Assembly: GCA_010093605.1 (NCBI GenBank)
Contig: MU004196.1
Location: 1,014,606-1,078,605 of the forward strand
Reading direction: 5' to 3'
Length of the DNA: 64,000 nucleotides
Origin: Lophium mytilinum
Lineage: Eukaryota
Below the pieces are notes generated by a model. It saw only the letters and a program-made list of their open reading frames with translations. It did not search any database and was not told the origin of the DNA. Position numbers and translations under genes: made by a program. This document shows, piece after piece, positions 1 to 14,043 of the stretch. Each line of letters opens with the position of its first letter. Positions within the stretch are counted from its first letter, which is position 1.

Positions 1-3000
1 TATAGCTACTAAAGTAGTATATAAAGCGTAGCTAGAAGAGTATTAGCTACGCCGATTTAGTATATAGCTTTATTAATATAGTCCTCTAGAATACTAAGTC
101 TAGCGTTGCGGGTAATAATATATAGTAAGTTTAAGTTATTATAGATATATATAAAGCTTGCGTTAATATTAATAAGATAAGTATATACTCTATTCTTCTC
201 TCTAAGCCTAGGGTAGATTAATATAGCGGGTATAAATAGGTAGTTCTAGTTAGGCAGCCGTTAACGCCCTTATATAAGCATTAAAACTATTATAATAGAG
301 TATATAGCTACTATTATTACCGCTTTAGCTCTTATAATATAGTATTTCTTAGAGACTAAGACTACTTTATCGCGGGTGTATATAGTAATAGGTACTTTAA
401 GGCTCTAATAGCTTTCTATTTACAGCCTTTAAGTCTTTAAGTTAACTGCTATAGCCTTAAGGTATATAATATTAGAGCTAAGAAGAAGGTTTACCTTTAG
501 ATAGTTAATAATATAGGCTTTAAATTAAAGTACTATAATAGTTGCGCTATTAATAGATAGAATATATAGGCTTATAATAGTAAATTCTATTAATAGGGTA
601 AGCTTATTATCTATACCTTATACTATAACTTTATAGTCCGTTATAATAAGCTTATATAGGTTATTTTACTAGGCTAGAAAGTTCCTTTCTATAAGTATTA
701 TAGTATTACTAGTATCTAGTATAATATCTATAAGCTCTCCTAGTTCTATTAGGGCGGCTTTTATTATAACGTAGTAGTAGCTATAGAAGGTAAGTTCTAA
801 TCTAAGCGTTAGATATATTACGAATAAGGTAATTAGGCAACTACTTATAGCGGGCTAAGTACTTATAATAAGGGTAAGGCTCTAATAAGCGGCTTATTTA
901 GCGGCCGGAGTCTATATTTAAGACGCCTAAGTCTAGTATACCTTTATTTAAGACGCCTTTATATATTAGGCGCGTTAATATACTAGAGCGGGGTAATATA
1001 TACTTTAGAGGTGCTTATATAGAGCGGAGTTTAATAGAAAGCTACTCTTATAGGTATAGTATATCTTCTTAGGCTGCTAGAGGGTAGCTAGTAATATAGT
1101 AGCATTAAGTACTATAATACTACTATTAATAAACCCTACATCTATAATATTATTATCTTTAACGCCTAGTTTACTATAATTCTAATTATTATTATAGTTT
1201 ATATAGCCTATCTAGATAAGCTATTCTTTAATACCTATATAGATATTATACTAGTAGTAGTTATCTTAGTTTTAAAGGGGCGGCTTCTTAAAGTTACTTA
1301 TAGACGTATTATTTATAGACATTCTATACTACTACTTACTATAATAATTATTACTAGCGGACCTATAGATTCTTATACCGCTAGAGGCGTTTAAGCTATT
1401 AGCTATATAGCGCTATTTATTACCGCTTATAATCTATAGTAGCTAATAAGCTAGGGGGAGAGCTAGTCTTAATATTATTATATTAGCGTTTTATTACTAT
1501 AGAGTATAAGTATTAGAGTAGTTATTAGAGTAGTAATAGTTACTACGTCTTCTAAACTAGTTTAAGTAGCTGCCTTAGTACTACTAGGCGGAGCTATATA
1601 AAGGGTTCTAACTCTAGCTCTAATAATATTAGAGGGTAAAGAAAAAAGTATACTAACCTCTAGTAGTTATATAGAATAAAAAGCGGAGAAAGACGTTAGC
1701 TAGATTACTCTAGTTATTATATCTAGCTTCTAGCGTCTATATAAAGTTATAGACAGCAGTAGTAGCTATTAGAGGGGAAATACTATTTCTAAGTAAGGGG
1801 TTAATCTCTTTCTAGATATATGCAAGCCTATTACTGCTATTATTAATATTAGAGTTTAAGTTAGTAGACTTTATATAGCGCAGTATATTATAGATATATA
1901 TTAATACGCTTCTATAAGTATAAGTATTTCTAAGAGTATATATTAATAATATAAGCTTTATAAGAGACTATATTAGTAGCTCTTTAAACTAGCGTATAAG
2001 GGTTTTATACTAGCTATTCTTAAGAGTAGTATAGCTTATTCTAAGCTTCTCTATATTAGTAAGAGTAGAAGTATACTATATAAGAGCGCTACTATATAGG
2101 TACTATAGAAGCTTTACTTTAATAACCTCTTCTATATATAACTAAGCTATATTTTTAACTTACTCTATAAAGATATAGATATTATAGATATAGGTATTAC
2201 CTCTACTATAGATAATATTATCTTAGACTAGTAAGCTACTTATTTTAAGCTTAGGGTAGAAGAACCTAATCTTCTAGATTTAAAAGGTACTAGTAGTTTC
2301 TCTAGCTCTATTTACGCTATCTTATCTAGGGGGCCCTATAGGGCCTTAAGGTCTAGATAGCCCTAGGGGTTCTAGCACGGCTTAACTAGCTTACCTAGCG
2401 GCTATAGCTTACTAGATAAGGTTATTTAGCTATTAGAGCTAAGCAGCGTTAAAGGCTATATCTAGAAGGGGGTTCTAGATTTTATTATAAGAAACGTACT
2501 TAGTAAGATTAGAGCTAGTAGAATAGGGAGAGTTAATAGTAATAGTAAGCTATTATTACTTAAGCTACTATAAGAAGTTTCTAACGTTAGCCTATAGAGT
2601 ATAGGCTAATAATAGCTACTTAGATAGGTAGGCCTAAGCGCTAAGCGGCCTATCTATAATAGGAAACTAGGTAAGAAAGCCGCTTCTAAGAGCTATATTA
2701 AGTAACTAGGGGGTTATTAGATAATAGCGGCCTATATAATAGTAACGGCGGCCTATATAATAAAAATAGCTACTTAAAGAATAAGGGCGGCCTTAAATAT
2801 AATAACGCCCTTAAATATAATAATAAGTTAATAGCTTCTAAGAACTTAATAGCTCTAATAAGGCTATAGAGCTTCTTAATAATAGCGTTAGAGAAGCGGG
2901 TAATAATAAAGAGTTTATATATAATAAAAGGGAGTTAAAGTAAATAACTTAAAGAGAGGGTAGTGTAGAGAGAAGAGAATAGAGAGATAGAAGTAGAAAG

Positions 3001-3688
3001 GCGGAAGTAGAGAGATAGAGAAAGTAAATAATAGAGTATTAATTATAAGGCTTCTATTAACTATAGAATACTTTTTTTAAACTAAGGGTCCCTTCTATAT
3101 ACCGCTACGGGCTATTTCCGCGCTAAGAGGTGCGCAACTAACGCCGCTATTACTATTAATAGTGTTTAGAGCTTCTACTAATAGTTCTAAGATTCTAAGA
3201 AAAGTTTATAAGTAATAGGCAGCTTATAAAGAAACTAGAGGCTAGTTTAAATATAAGAAACTAATAGAGCTTAATAGAGTTAATAACGTTGCATATACTA
3301 GAGGCGTTTACGGACGTCTAAAGGCTACGGAAGTAGTAGAGTTATAAAGTCTAGACCTAATTCTAGCGACTAGATATTAATAACTAGATATTAATATCTA
3401 GATATAGGCGTCTAATAGGCTCTAGAGCTTATAGAGGTCTACGGATCTAGTACTTATAATTTATAAAGCTAGCGAGCTTATATATAAGCTTTACTAGTAG
3501 TAAGTACTAAGCTACTATATAGTATAGATTTGTAAAAGTAGAGGTAAAAGGTATTCTATTACTAGCTAGCAGGCGTAGCCTTAAGGGCTTGCGGGCGTCG
3601 GCGTATAGGACGCCGGCGTCCGGCTAGGCGTGCACGTGAACGTCCTGCACGTGAACGTCTATTACGTGCTGTACGCTAGAGCCTGTCA
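1..3688 (-). mobile_element. RIP-degenerate Ty3/Gypsy LTR retrotransposon (gag-protease region, truncated by the left window edge)
   Basis: Very AT-rich, TpA-saturated and CpA/TpG-depleted, with no ORFs. The minus strand reads ILDTSNTIILIERNFL (DTS at 716-708) and KAYIINYLKVNLLLSSN (~520-470). Reversing C>T/G>A changes gives the Gypsy protease motifs LDTG..LI.R.FL and AHVVD.LKANLLLGSD. The putative 5' LTR start TGACAG at 3688 is tentative. Confidence 0.75.
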
Positions 3689-4555
3689 TGCATAGAACCG
3701 TAATAGAGATATAGGCCTAGAAACTATAAAGTTAAACTCTAGATATATATACTAATTAATCCCCTAAAGTACTATATAAAGGCGTTATTCTTTACTCCGC
3801 CTATTAACTTACTAAGGGTAGAGGCTAATAGTACGTCTTAATTTAGTTCCGAATTGCTTTAGAACCTCCCTCGAGAAGGGCCGGACCTGTAGTGTTAAAC
3901 GCTGGCGTGTAAACCCACCCGACGGCCAAAGCAAGACGGACGCTCATCAAATTTGAGCCAGATCGACGCAGATCGACACGCGGCACAGGGTTCTGCGATC
4001 CCAGCAACTATCCTGAGAGAGATCAATACATGAAACTAGCTACATCCACCTATGAGAGGAGGAGAATGACAACGCAGCGAGATAGCGAAAAGATTTCAGG
4101 TTGCTGCAAAGCCGAGGCGTCCTTGCAGCTGCATTCGCGCTTTGGCATGCCGTGCGGAAGCCCGAGGGCCAAGACTTAGTCTAAAAAAAGCCAACTTTCC
4201 TTCCTCTGGCATCGCACGAGACAGCAAAAGTCAGTGCATGATGGCAATTGTAAGGCCGTTCAAGGCTTTTGCCCGCAGCGATTATGTTTTGTACGATATG
4301 TAAGCCAAGACGAATTGAAAGATAAGACGTCCCCCGCGGAGGTATGGCCGCGAGCTCACGGTCCTCAAAAGAGGCACCCGTCGGTGCCCGTGAGGATGCG
4401 GAGGGGACAATCTTGAGCGCACGGACTGCCCGCATCAGGAGACCTAGCCCAGGAATCGAGCTAGAGACATGCCGTAGAAGGTCGCCGAAGTGCAGACACT
4501 TCACTTGTGGCGTTTTTGCAGATTAGATCCGCAGAGCCGGGATTAAGCTTATGTA

Positions 4556-4751
4556 CCGTATCTTCTGAGATTATAGAGACGGGGCTCTTGGCACGCCTAA
4601 ACCTATCCAAGTTACTACTGGTCTAATATTGGGCTATCAGGCGCCGATAGGCCTATATTTCAGCTCGATCGCGGCGAGCTGATACGCCAGATTAGGTATG
4701 GTTAAGATAGCGGTGCCAAGAGCCCCGTCTCTACGATCTCAGAAGATACGG
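4556..4751. mobile_element. 196-bp MITE, Tc1/mariner-type, with ~39-bp TIRs and TA target-site duplication
   Basis: Left arm CCGTATCTTCTGAGATTATAGAGACGGGGCTCTTGGCAC; the reverse complement of the right arm differs at only 2 positions. TA at 4554-4555 and 4752-4753. Confidence 0.85.
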
Positions 4752-5989
4752 TAGGTTACAGCACCTTCTCACGTCCGGTGGTACAGCGCTAAAATCAAGC
4801 CACAGAATTACCGTATAGGGTAACGATTCCGGACGCCTTTAGGGGGAATAACAGCTGCCTGGCCAATGAATCTTCAAGTAGGCTCATTATTAGCCCAAAA
4901 AAGGAGGTTTACAGGGGTCGACTTAGTTTCCACGCTAGGTCACCGGACGTGGGAAGATGCTGTACCACGTATCGAGTAGTGGCGCTTTTCGGTAACGCGA
5001 TGCGGGGCCGTCCCCGTATTGCGCCTGTCTTCTGTTGAGAAGCGCTTGATTCGGAAGTGCTCTTATCAAGCTTCGAGACACTCTTTTATTACACTCTGCA
5101 CAGCTTCGCAAGTTTGCTGGTTTTGTTTTAACAGAGACCAGACAAGTACACGAAGCGAAGCAGAGGAAACAGTGTCTTACGATTGCAAAGAGACTGAGCA
5201 ATGCGAATGGTAAAAGGGGAGGTCATTGAGAAGCTATTATTGATGAGGCTATTGGCGTACATGTTTCCAGCAAATCCCTTGGTGTGGCGAACTAACACAT
5301 TACCAATTTGGCGTCATAGTTCGGCCGGATCCGTACTATTACCAAGTTAGCGCCATAGGGATTGGTACAAATTCGGCCAAATCTAGACGCTGCAAACACT
5401 GCCATCTGATTGCTCACATCAAGGTCCTTAGGCGGAGTCGATCCAGGTTGTCGGGGTTCGGGTCCGGTAGGCCTCGGGCGCCCATCAAGGCTAGAGGAGA
5501 AGGTTAGTATTTATCGCCTGTGGCGATTGAGTCCTGTAGAGCTGTGGTTTCTGCGTAGTGGCTGCATCGATTCGTCTTGGCGGAGGACTTCGTCAAGAAG
5601 CGGGTTTCGCTCTCTCGCCATCTCCCTTGCTGTAGATAGGTATGGGAGAAGGTTCGTAGCGAGGAATCAGCGTGCTACCGTTTGGAGTCCCTTTGGGGTG
5701 GAGAGTAGCTCGTTGTACGCGGCTGTGCCCGCTCGAATATACATCTGCCCTCTCCCTTCCCTATATAGGGAGCACTGGGTTACCACGTGCTTTCCCGTCT
5801 GTTTCCGGTGGCCACAAGGGCAGGCCGCCGTACAGTGGCCCGGCACCCTCATGCGCTTTAGGTAAGCGTTGAGAACTATGTGCTCTGTGCGTCGGAGGGT
5901 GGCGATTGTGCTTTCGACCTTGGTTAGCCCGTGGTGCCTCTTGTGTAGCTTCTTGTTCCATTGGGTGGCCAGGGCCGGCGTATGGCCCG

Positions 5990-6600
5990 GCCTTGTCCTT
6001 CGATAGACCCCCCATTGCTTTTCCCACTGCTCTTCGTACGCTTCCAGATAACAAGTAGCTACAGTACACTGCGAGGTTCCGCATGGCTCGCCTGCCCGAG
6101 CCCCTCGCCATAGTCATGGCTTGATTATCCCCTATTCCATGTGCACCTGGTTTGCTCCATAAGCCCACCTCGCAGCTTGCCTCTGCCTCTCGATAAACCG
6201 ACACGCGCATCCGTCCTTTCGGGCTGTACAGACAGTGTCGCTGGCAAGGTGTTGATCATTTCTCCAAGACAGGTCCACCAAGAGTCAGAGCCCAGCAAAG
6301 GGTTGAGGGTCTTGGAGCCAACCGTCGCTACCATTGTACACCACGCCCGCAGCTCTTTGGGTCCCAGCAGCTGTTTCGCGTTACCTGTGACGCTCTCGCG
6401 ACACAGGCCGACCGCGTCTTGCAGATGGAGGTATTGGCCCAGCAGCAAGCCCAGTAGTCGCTGCCGTCCAGGTACAATAACCCAGCGCCGTGCGGCTGTT
6501 GACCCTCCCGTCCACTATTCAAACTTGCTTTCCTCCCGCTTCCTCTTTGTCCGTTCCAGCATCAGCCCCAGGTTCGTTCCAAGTCCTTACTGAGTCCAAG
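5990..6600 (-). pseudogene. Degenerate coding frame of unknown family
   Basis: One protein-like frame (MLERTKRKREESKFE*WTGG...LLGQYLHLQDAVGLCRE...WNRG*SSHDY...SVL*LLVIWK) is broken only by TAG 6515-6517, TAA 6125-6127 and TAG 6059-6061. Confidence 0.35.
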
Positions 6601-6942
6601 GCCTGCACCAAGCCGCCCAACGCCGCCAGAGGTTCAAGGCCCGCGTGACCAACGCGGTCCCGGGTGCAAGGACTGCACCTGGCCGAGCAGCGTCGCCAGC
6701 TCGAGAGGATTAACGCCGCCGGTTCGATGTGAATTAACGTCGTCCAATGTTGTCCGTGGTTTCCCTAGGCCCTGTCTGCCCCCGCCGTGGGCTGCCGATC
6801 CTTGTCGCGACCTGTCTTGCTTGGGGTCCGTAACAGTCGTCACGACGAAGCCGCCACAACCTGTGAATCTCACTTTCCATTCCAAACGCCAGTCATTCAT
6901 CTCATGGCGCAGAAGAGCGACAAGAGCCAGAAGATCCCTCAA

Positions 6943-8083
6943 TTATTTGACGCAGTGCTCAGTGATCCAGGGATGACGTAAGACCTCATCTAGTGAGAGT
7001 CGCTTCGACGGTTCAAGAACAAGTATCTGGAGGTATAAATAGTTGGTGACAAACACAAAAGTTTTTGGATTAAAGATGCATGTACCGAATGGATGAAGTC
7101 TCTAGCAGTTGGCGATACGGAATTCGGGAGTGGTTTTATGTCGTTCCTCACTATCCGTCTCTGAGTCATGACATGAGAGTCTTCGAATGGTGCCACTCCC
7201 GTCAAAAACTCATACGTTAGAACGCCTAGGGCCCATATATCAACGGAGCGAGAATAGTGTGATCTCTTTGATCCTAGCATCTCCGGTGGTAGGTAGTCCA
7301 AGGTTCCACACATGGTTTCGCGTCTGTTGCTCGTCGAATGAATGCTATATCCAAAATCGGCGAGCTTGAGCTCTCCGTGAAAACCGACCAAAATGTTTTC
7401 TGGCTTGATTTCTCGGTGCATAACATTTTTGTTGTGCAAGTACTGAAGCGCCTGTGCAACTTGCGCTACGTACTTAGCCGCCTTTTCTTCGGTGAAGGTG
7501 CCCTCCTGTCGCAAGCTCTTATATAGTTCGCCACCTGCGGCGTATTCTATGAGAAGAAATATGCGCTTGGCATCGTGAAACCAATTGTAGAACCGCACTA
7601 TGCCCCGGTGTTGGACGTTGCCGTGAATCTCGATCTCACGTCTGACGAGGTTGGCGGCGCCTTCACCATATCTGATCTTTGTACAACACCTTCATTGCAC
7701 AGATGAAGCCGGATTTTCTATGCCTAACAAGATAATTCTGCCGAATTTTCCTTTTCCGAGTGGTTTCCCGATTTCGAACATGGCAAGGTGAAAATTCGGT
7801 GGTGGGATTAGCTCGCTAGCTTACTTGTATTCCTCTGTGACATTCTTTGCGCCAGCAGAAGAGTTTCTACTTGGAAGACGCTGAGCTGACGCAGGGGAGG
7901 CGATGTTGCGAAGGGCGATTTTGAGCATTGAAGGCTCGGATGTCGAGAATGCGGCGGATAGCGGGCCCTACTTTAATAACTAAGCCGAAGGAAACGACAT
8001 TGCGATCCAGATGTACTCACCTTCTTTGTGGGTATTCCGAAATGATTGACTGGCCGAGGAGGCGCCATACATGCCGATGCCAT
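6943..8083 (-). pseudogene. Aurora/Ipl1-family kinase pseudogene
   Basis: Aurora motifs FHLAMFEIGKPLGKGKFG, RREIEI, DFG, TMCGTLDYLPPEM and HPWI; introns at ~8020-7968 and 7085-7027. Lesions: in-frame TAA at 7821-7823, frameshifts near 7735 and 7668, and HRD changed to HRE. Confidence 0.85.
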
Positions 8084-8568
8084 GTTAAGAGATTGTTTAT
8101 TGCAGTAGGTATCAGGAAATAATTGTTGCGTTGTTGTCTTGAGGAGCGACATGCGGCGAGGCGAGGAGCTGCCCTGGTGTTTAGGGGCCCGGTCGCCCGA
8201 GCAACAGCTACCCAATTGGCCCCGTTTTCGCTTACAACGGCTGACAAAAAGGCTATACCTGAACAGGTTTAGTAGTCCCGCGGTACCTGCCAACACTGCC
8301 CAAAATACTTGGCGCTTAGTTAGTTTTGTTACCGAGTTTTCGCTGTTTCCCCGCCTAACCGTGATTTTGATTTTCGTTTCCCCTCAAATTCCACCTAACC
8401 AGTTAGGTGGCGGCTTTTCGAGATTGGCGCGGTGGGGTCGGCAGTGATCTAATAGGATGTTCTTCGATGCGGTAATTCCAAGAGGAGCCGCCGAAGACCC
8501 AGTAAAGACGCTAACGGTGTGCCAGACGGCGAAGACGGTCACGGTGCGCCAAATGGCGATGATGGCGA

Positions 8569-8623
8569 CGACGGCGACAACGACGGCGACAACGACGGCG
8601 ACAACGATGGCGATAACGACGGC
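8569..8623. repeat. 12-bp minisatellite (CGACGGCGACAA) x ~4.5
   Basis: Three exact units at 8569-8604, one variant unit CGATGGCGATAA, then a partial unit. Confidence 0.85.
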
Positions 8624-9564
8624 TGGCAGTGCAACTCAGCTTTGACAGGTGACAGCTGGGCGAGGTCAAACAAGTGAGAAGGCTTAATGAGAGATCGTGC
8701 TAATGGAGATAGAATAGATAGACAGGAGACATCACAGTCGCGATAGATAGGAATGACGACTAGACGCGTGTGGAGGTGGAAGAACCTTGGTGAACATTGC
8801 GAGGAAGTGGGTGAGGGAAGACATTATTCAACCAAAATGAGATCTCTTATCGAGTATAAAGCCTCACGATGCATGAATGTACATACAAAAACACACGCTT
8901 CAGAACTCAACTCCAAATGTACGAAGTAGCGAGAGAGTGAAGGAATTGCAGTTGCGAGATTGAACACAAAGGTTCACTTATGGCTTAGATAAGCAGGGTA
9001 GAGAAACGTCCCGCCCAACAACAATGATCTTTCAAGTCAGAATCAGAAATCATTTACCGCGGAGTATCTGAGGGCTTCATTCTAGCGACTGAGAAGGAGA
9101 TGCGCTGCAATGCCGACGTGTTCATACTCACCAATACAGCCTACCGATTTAAGCAAGTCTAGAAAGCTCCCAGAACCAGCTTATAGTGCATTCATAAAGT
9201 CTATGAGTTGCGACATAGACAGAAGAAGAGGGTTTTATAGTGATGAGAGGCCTAAGCGGCAGCCCTAATTATCATCCTTACTTCTTTAGGTAGGCTACAT
9301 GAGTGTAAAGATTTCGGAAGGGGTTGAATCCTGACTTCACGATGGGGCGCTACAGAGAGAACCACTCACACACGATCGGTTAAGGATCGGCTACAGAGAC
9401 CCGCTACTCGCCCGCTACAAGGGTACAAATGCGGAGTTGTGTAATCATGTTGTGGAGCACAAGTACAGTAAGACACCTCGAAGCACAAATAAAGCCTGAA
9501 CGCCTGGATTCCATTTGGCGCAACCATTCCAGCACTTCAAATTCTACAGCACTTCTCCGTCAGA

Positions 9565-10346
9565 ATGGAAGTTCCAACCGGCCCTGGCATAATCGTCTCT
9601 CGATTCAAGCTTCGCGACTCTTCTGAAGTCTCCCAAGAGTTGCTGGAGAAGTGGTACGACGAAGTTCACATCCCCGACGTTCTCGCAACCGGCGGCGTCA
9701 AATCTGCTTGGAGATGGAAGGCCGCAGATCCGGAATATGGGAACCAGAACATGGTCCTCTACAAGCTTCCAGATCTGACCTTTATCAATGATCCTAAATT
9801 TCAGGCTATCGGGATGACTAGTGACCTGTTACCTGGGAGCAGGTCGATGCTGGACTTCACGGCATTTGATTTAAGGTTCTATACCATGGAGCAGTTATTC
9901 CAGACGGAACATCAACCAGAAGGTTTGTCAACCCTTCCCTTCATCTTCCGTACCTGATTCTTGAGTACCTCTATTGGGCTGTTGTCTCATAGGTCGCAGA
10001 CGCAACTTCAACAATCGTATGGGCGGCTATGGAGCCCGCTGAAGGTGGAGCCGCGGAGTTAGACTCGTGGTATCGTGATGAGCACAACCAGCAAATGTCA
10101 AAGGAACCCGGATGGAAGCGAACGACGCGCTTTAAGATTGTCGGTCAACTGCACGACATTACACCTGCGAATGATGCGCCAAGCTTCTTGACCATCCACG
10201 AATTCGGAGACGGGCACAAGATCGGGACGAAAGTGCTACCGTTAGAACCAAAGACGGAGTGGACGAAGAAGGTAATGGGGTCCGCGAAGACGATTGATGC
10301 AGGGGTCTATCACAAAGTGAAGAGTTTTGGCAAAGCTGCAGCATAG
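9565..10346 (+). CDS. EthD-like / dimeric alpha-beta barrel protein with two tandem domains (2 exons)
   Basis: Repeated motif WYDEVHIPDVL / WYRDEHNQQM; intron ~9923-9999 joins ORFs 9565 and 10029 in frame. Confidence 0.7.
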
Positions 10347-10787
10347 ACTGGGATACGAGCTAAATTGCTCAGAATGATATCACAATTTGCAGCCTTTGTG
10401 ACCAGAACGAACAGTTGCACTGCGCCTCTTCTCCCAAGATGGAAACTCGCATCCCATGTGTGGTGAAAAGTGTGGAAGACCGACGGAACGGACATCCACC
10501 AATGAACTTTAAGCCCAGCCGCTCGAAGCCTCCTTTGTCGAACCCCGTCACGATACCTATGTGCAGTGCTAAACGGGCTAGGTAGTGCTACCGCCAAGGC
10601 AAGGCTGTTCGTGGCTCTGCCGAAGAGCTCCGCAACAATGACGTTTTGACGGTGGTGCGATCCCTAGCTCGAACCAGCTGGAATGCTCTTCCATAAGAGC
10701 TCCCAGTTGCTTCAAAAGCCCTGGAATCAACCCTAATAACATTTCCAACCCTCAAATTATCACCAGTTCACCCAATCGCACTCCAAG

Positions 10788-11484
10788 ATGTCTTCCGAAT
10801 CACTCGCCGCCTTCCGCAAGAATGCCAGCGCAGATCTACGAAAACTAGCTGAAGAGCACCTACAACATGAGTACGAGCCTCTACTACCAAGAAACTTCTC
10901 AGATGAACGAAGTTAACAGCTTCATAGCCTCCAGCAATCCGACCGCGACACCCTCGAAACCGCAGCCAAGAAAGTCTCCACCCACGCCACGATCGGCTCC
11001 GCGATAGGCATCGGACTAGGCCTTTTCCTCGCCATCAGAATCCGCACAGCGCGCAAGGCAGTGTTCCAAGCTTTCCGCGCAACAGAGAAGCCAAAAGCAG
11101 TGCAATTCGCGGATGGAAGGACTGGTGCGTACCCTCAATCCACCCCATCAACTCCACGTTGCCAGCAAAAACTTACTTTTCTTTTGTTTCATAGAAGCAA
11201 TCCCTGACCTTACTCCCCTCCTTCAACCCACTACTTTCGGGGATATCGCGACCTACACCTTCTTCTCCGCGGGCGGACTTTTCCTGGGCGGCGAGACTGG
11301 CTTCCTGACGGGTTCGGCGTCGGCTGCGCGGACTGTCACGTCGGATCCGGAGTCGAAGAAGAGGATTGAGAGCGCGTTTCGGAAATACAAGATTGATGTG
11401 TTGAAGAAGGAGATTGATCAGCTGCAGGCGCAGGATAAGGGGAGTGATTCTAGTTGGGGGATATTCAATCAGGGAAGTGATTAG
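10788..11484 (+). CDS. Conserved fungal hypothetical membrane protein (3 exons)
   Basis: MSSESLAAFRKNASADLRKLAEEHLQHD|LQQSDRD...GSAIGIGLGLFLAIRIR...GGLFLGGETG; GT-AG introns; two hydrophobic segments. Confidence 0.7.
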
Positions 11485-11884
11485 AGGCTAGGTAATGATA
11501 ATGGTAATGCGAGCGCTTGTAATGATTAGGTGGCCTTCAATGTGAGCTTCAAGTTCATTGTCTTGTATCAACATTTTAAAAGTGCAGATGCGTTTGGGGA
11601 TTACTGGATGACAACGCGATGTCTCATCGCGGGATGAGCTGATTGGGTTCTAGGATGCATTGTGAGGAGGATCACTAGGTAGAGTTACGCAGCAGACAAG
11701 CTATCCTTCGAATGCCTTCCATTTATAAGTAGTGTAATATGAAGGACACTTTGATAATTATGCGAAGCGAAAGAAAGTAGACCTTAAAGTCTCTACGTTC
11801 ACTGAACATGTCCCCTCCCCATACAGCGTATGATGACTCGGCGTGTGAAACGCATCGCGCGGTCCCAAAGGGGAAAGGTCGCTA

Positions 11885-11890
11885 ACGCGT
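11885..11890. promoter_or_regulatory. MCB-like element (ACGCGT) upstream of the RecQ gene
   Basis: ACGCGT ~240 bp before the RecQ ATG; MCB boxes mark G1/S and DNA-repair genes in ascomycetes. Confidence 0.35.
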
Positions 11891-12125
11891 GACTTCACTC
11901 GACGTCAATTCTCCACCCACGATACGTGCGGTCAACTCATTAAGTCGCATCCGCCTGAGAATCAAGGAAGAAATCAAGAGCTTGTTTGATTCCACATTTA
12001 TGGCCTCTTCTGTTTGCTAAAGACCGTAGTGGAGTTCGGCAGCTTGCGAGCGGTCGGGAGGCTATATTCTATTGGTGGTGTCATTTCTCAAACTCAGACA
12101 TCTTCTTTCCTTCTCTTGTTCGACG

Positions 12126-13717
<1,592 letters not shown>

Positions 13718-14043
13718 GGGGAGTGGTGTAGGAAAGGAGCTCAACCTCTCAATGTGAAACTATAGAGGTTCTGTGGAATGTGGGTTGTCGTGGTACTCAG
13801 GTTAGCCCTGCGCACATCTTCAAGGCACGAATAGGGGTAGTTGTAACATAGTCATGGAGTAAAATACTCTACAGCAGATCCTTGTATGTATCTACTTACT
13901 TCGAGATAGCACGACCTGCCGCAGCTCCAAATTAATGGATATCATGCATATGTGAACTTTGTTCACATTTTTTAGTTTCTTCCTCCCTAGCCCTTCATCA
14001 TGAGCTCGTAAGATGCCGTAAGATTGCCAATTCGTAAGCCCCT

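Noticed and set aside
6059..7823. Premature stops rescued by A-to-I editing
   Set aside because: The Aurora copy also has frameshifts and an HRE change that editing cannot repair; C>T decay is the simpler explanation.
8391..8410. 9-bp inverted repeat CCACCTAAC..GTTAGGTGG
   Set aside because: Short and isolated; could be chance.
3700..9400. Starship or other giant-element boundary
   Set aside because: No tyrosine-recombinase captain gene or identifiable direct repeat in view.
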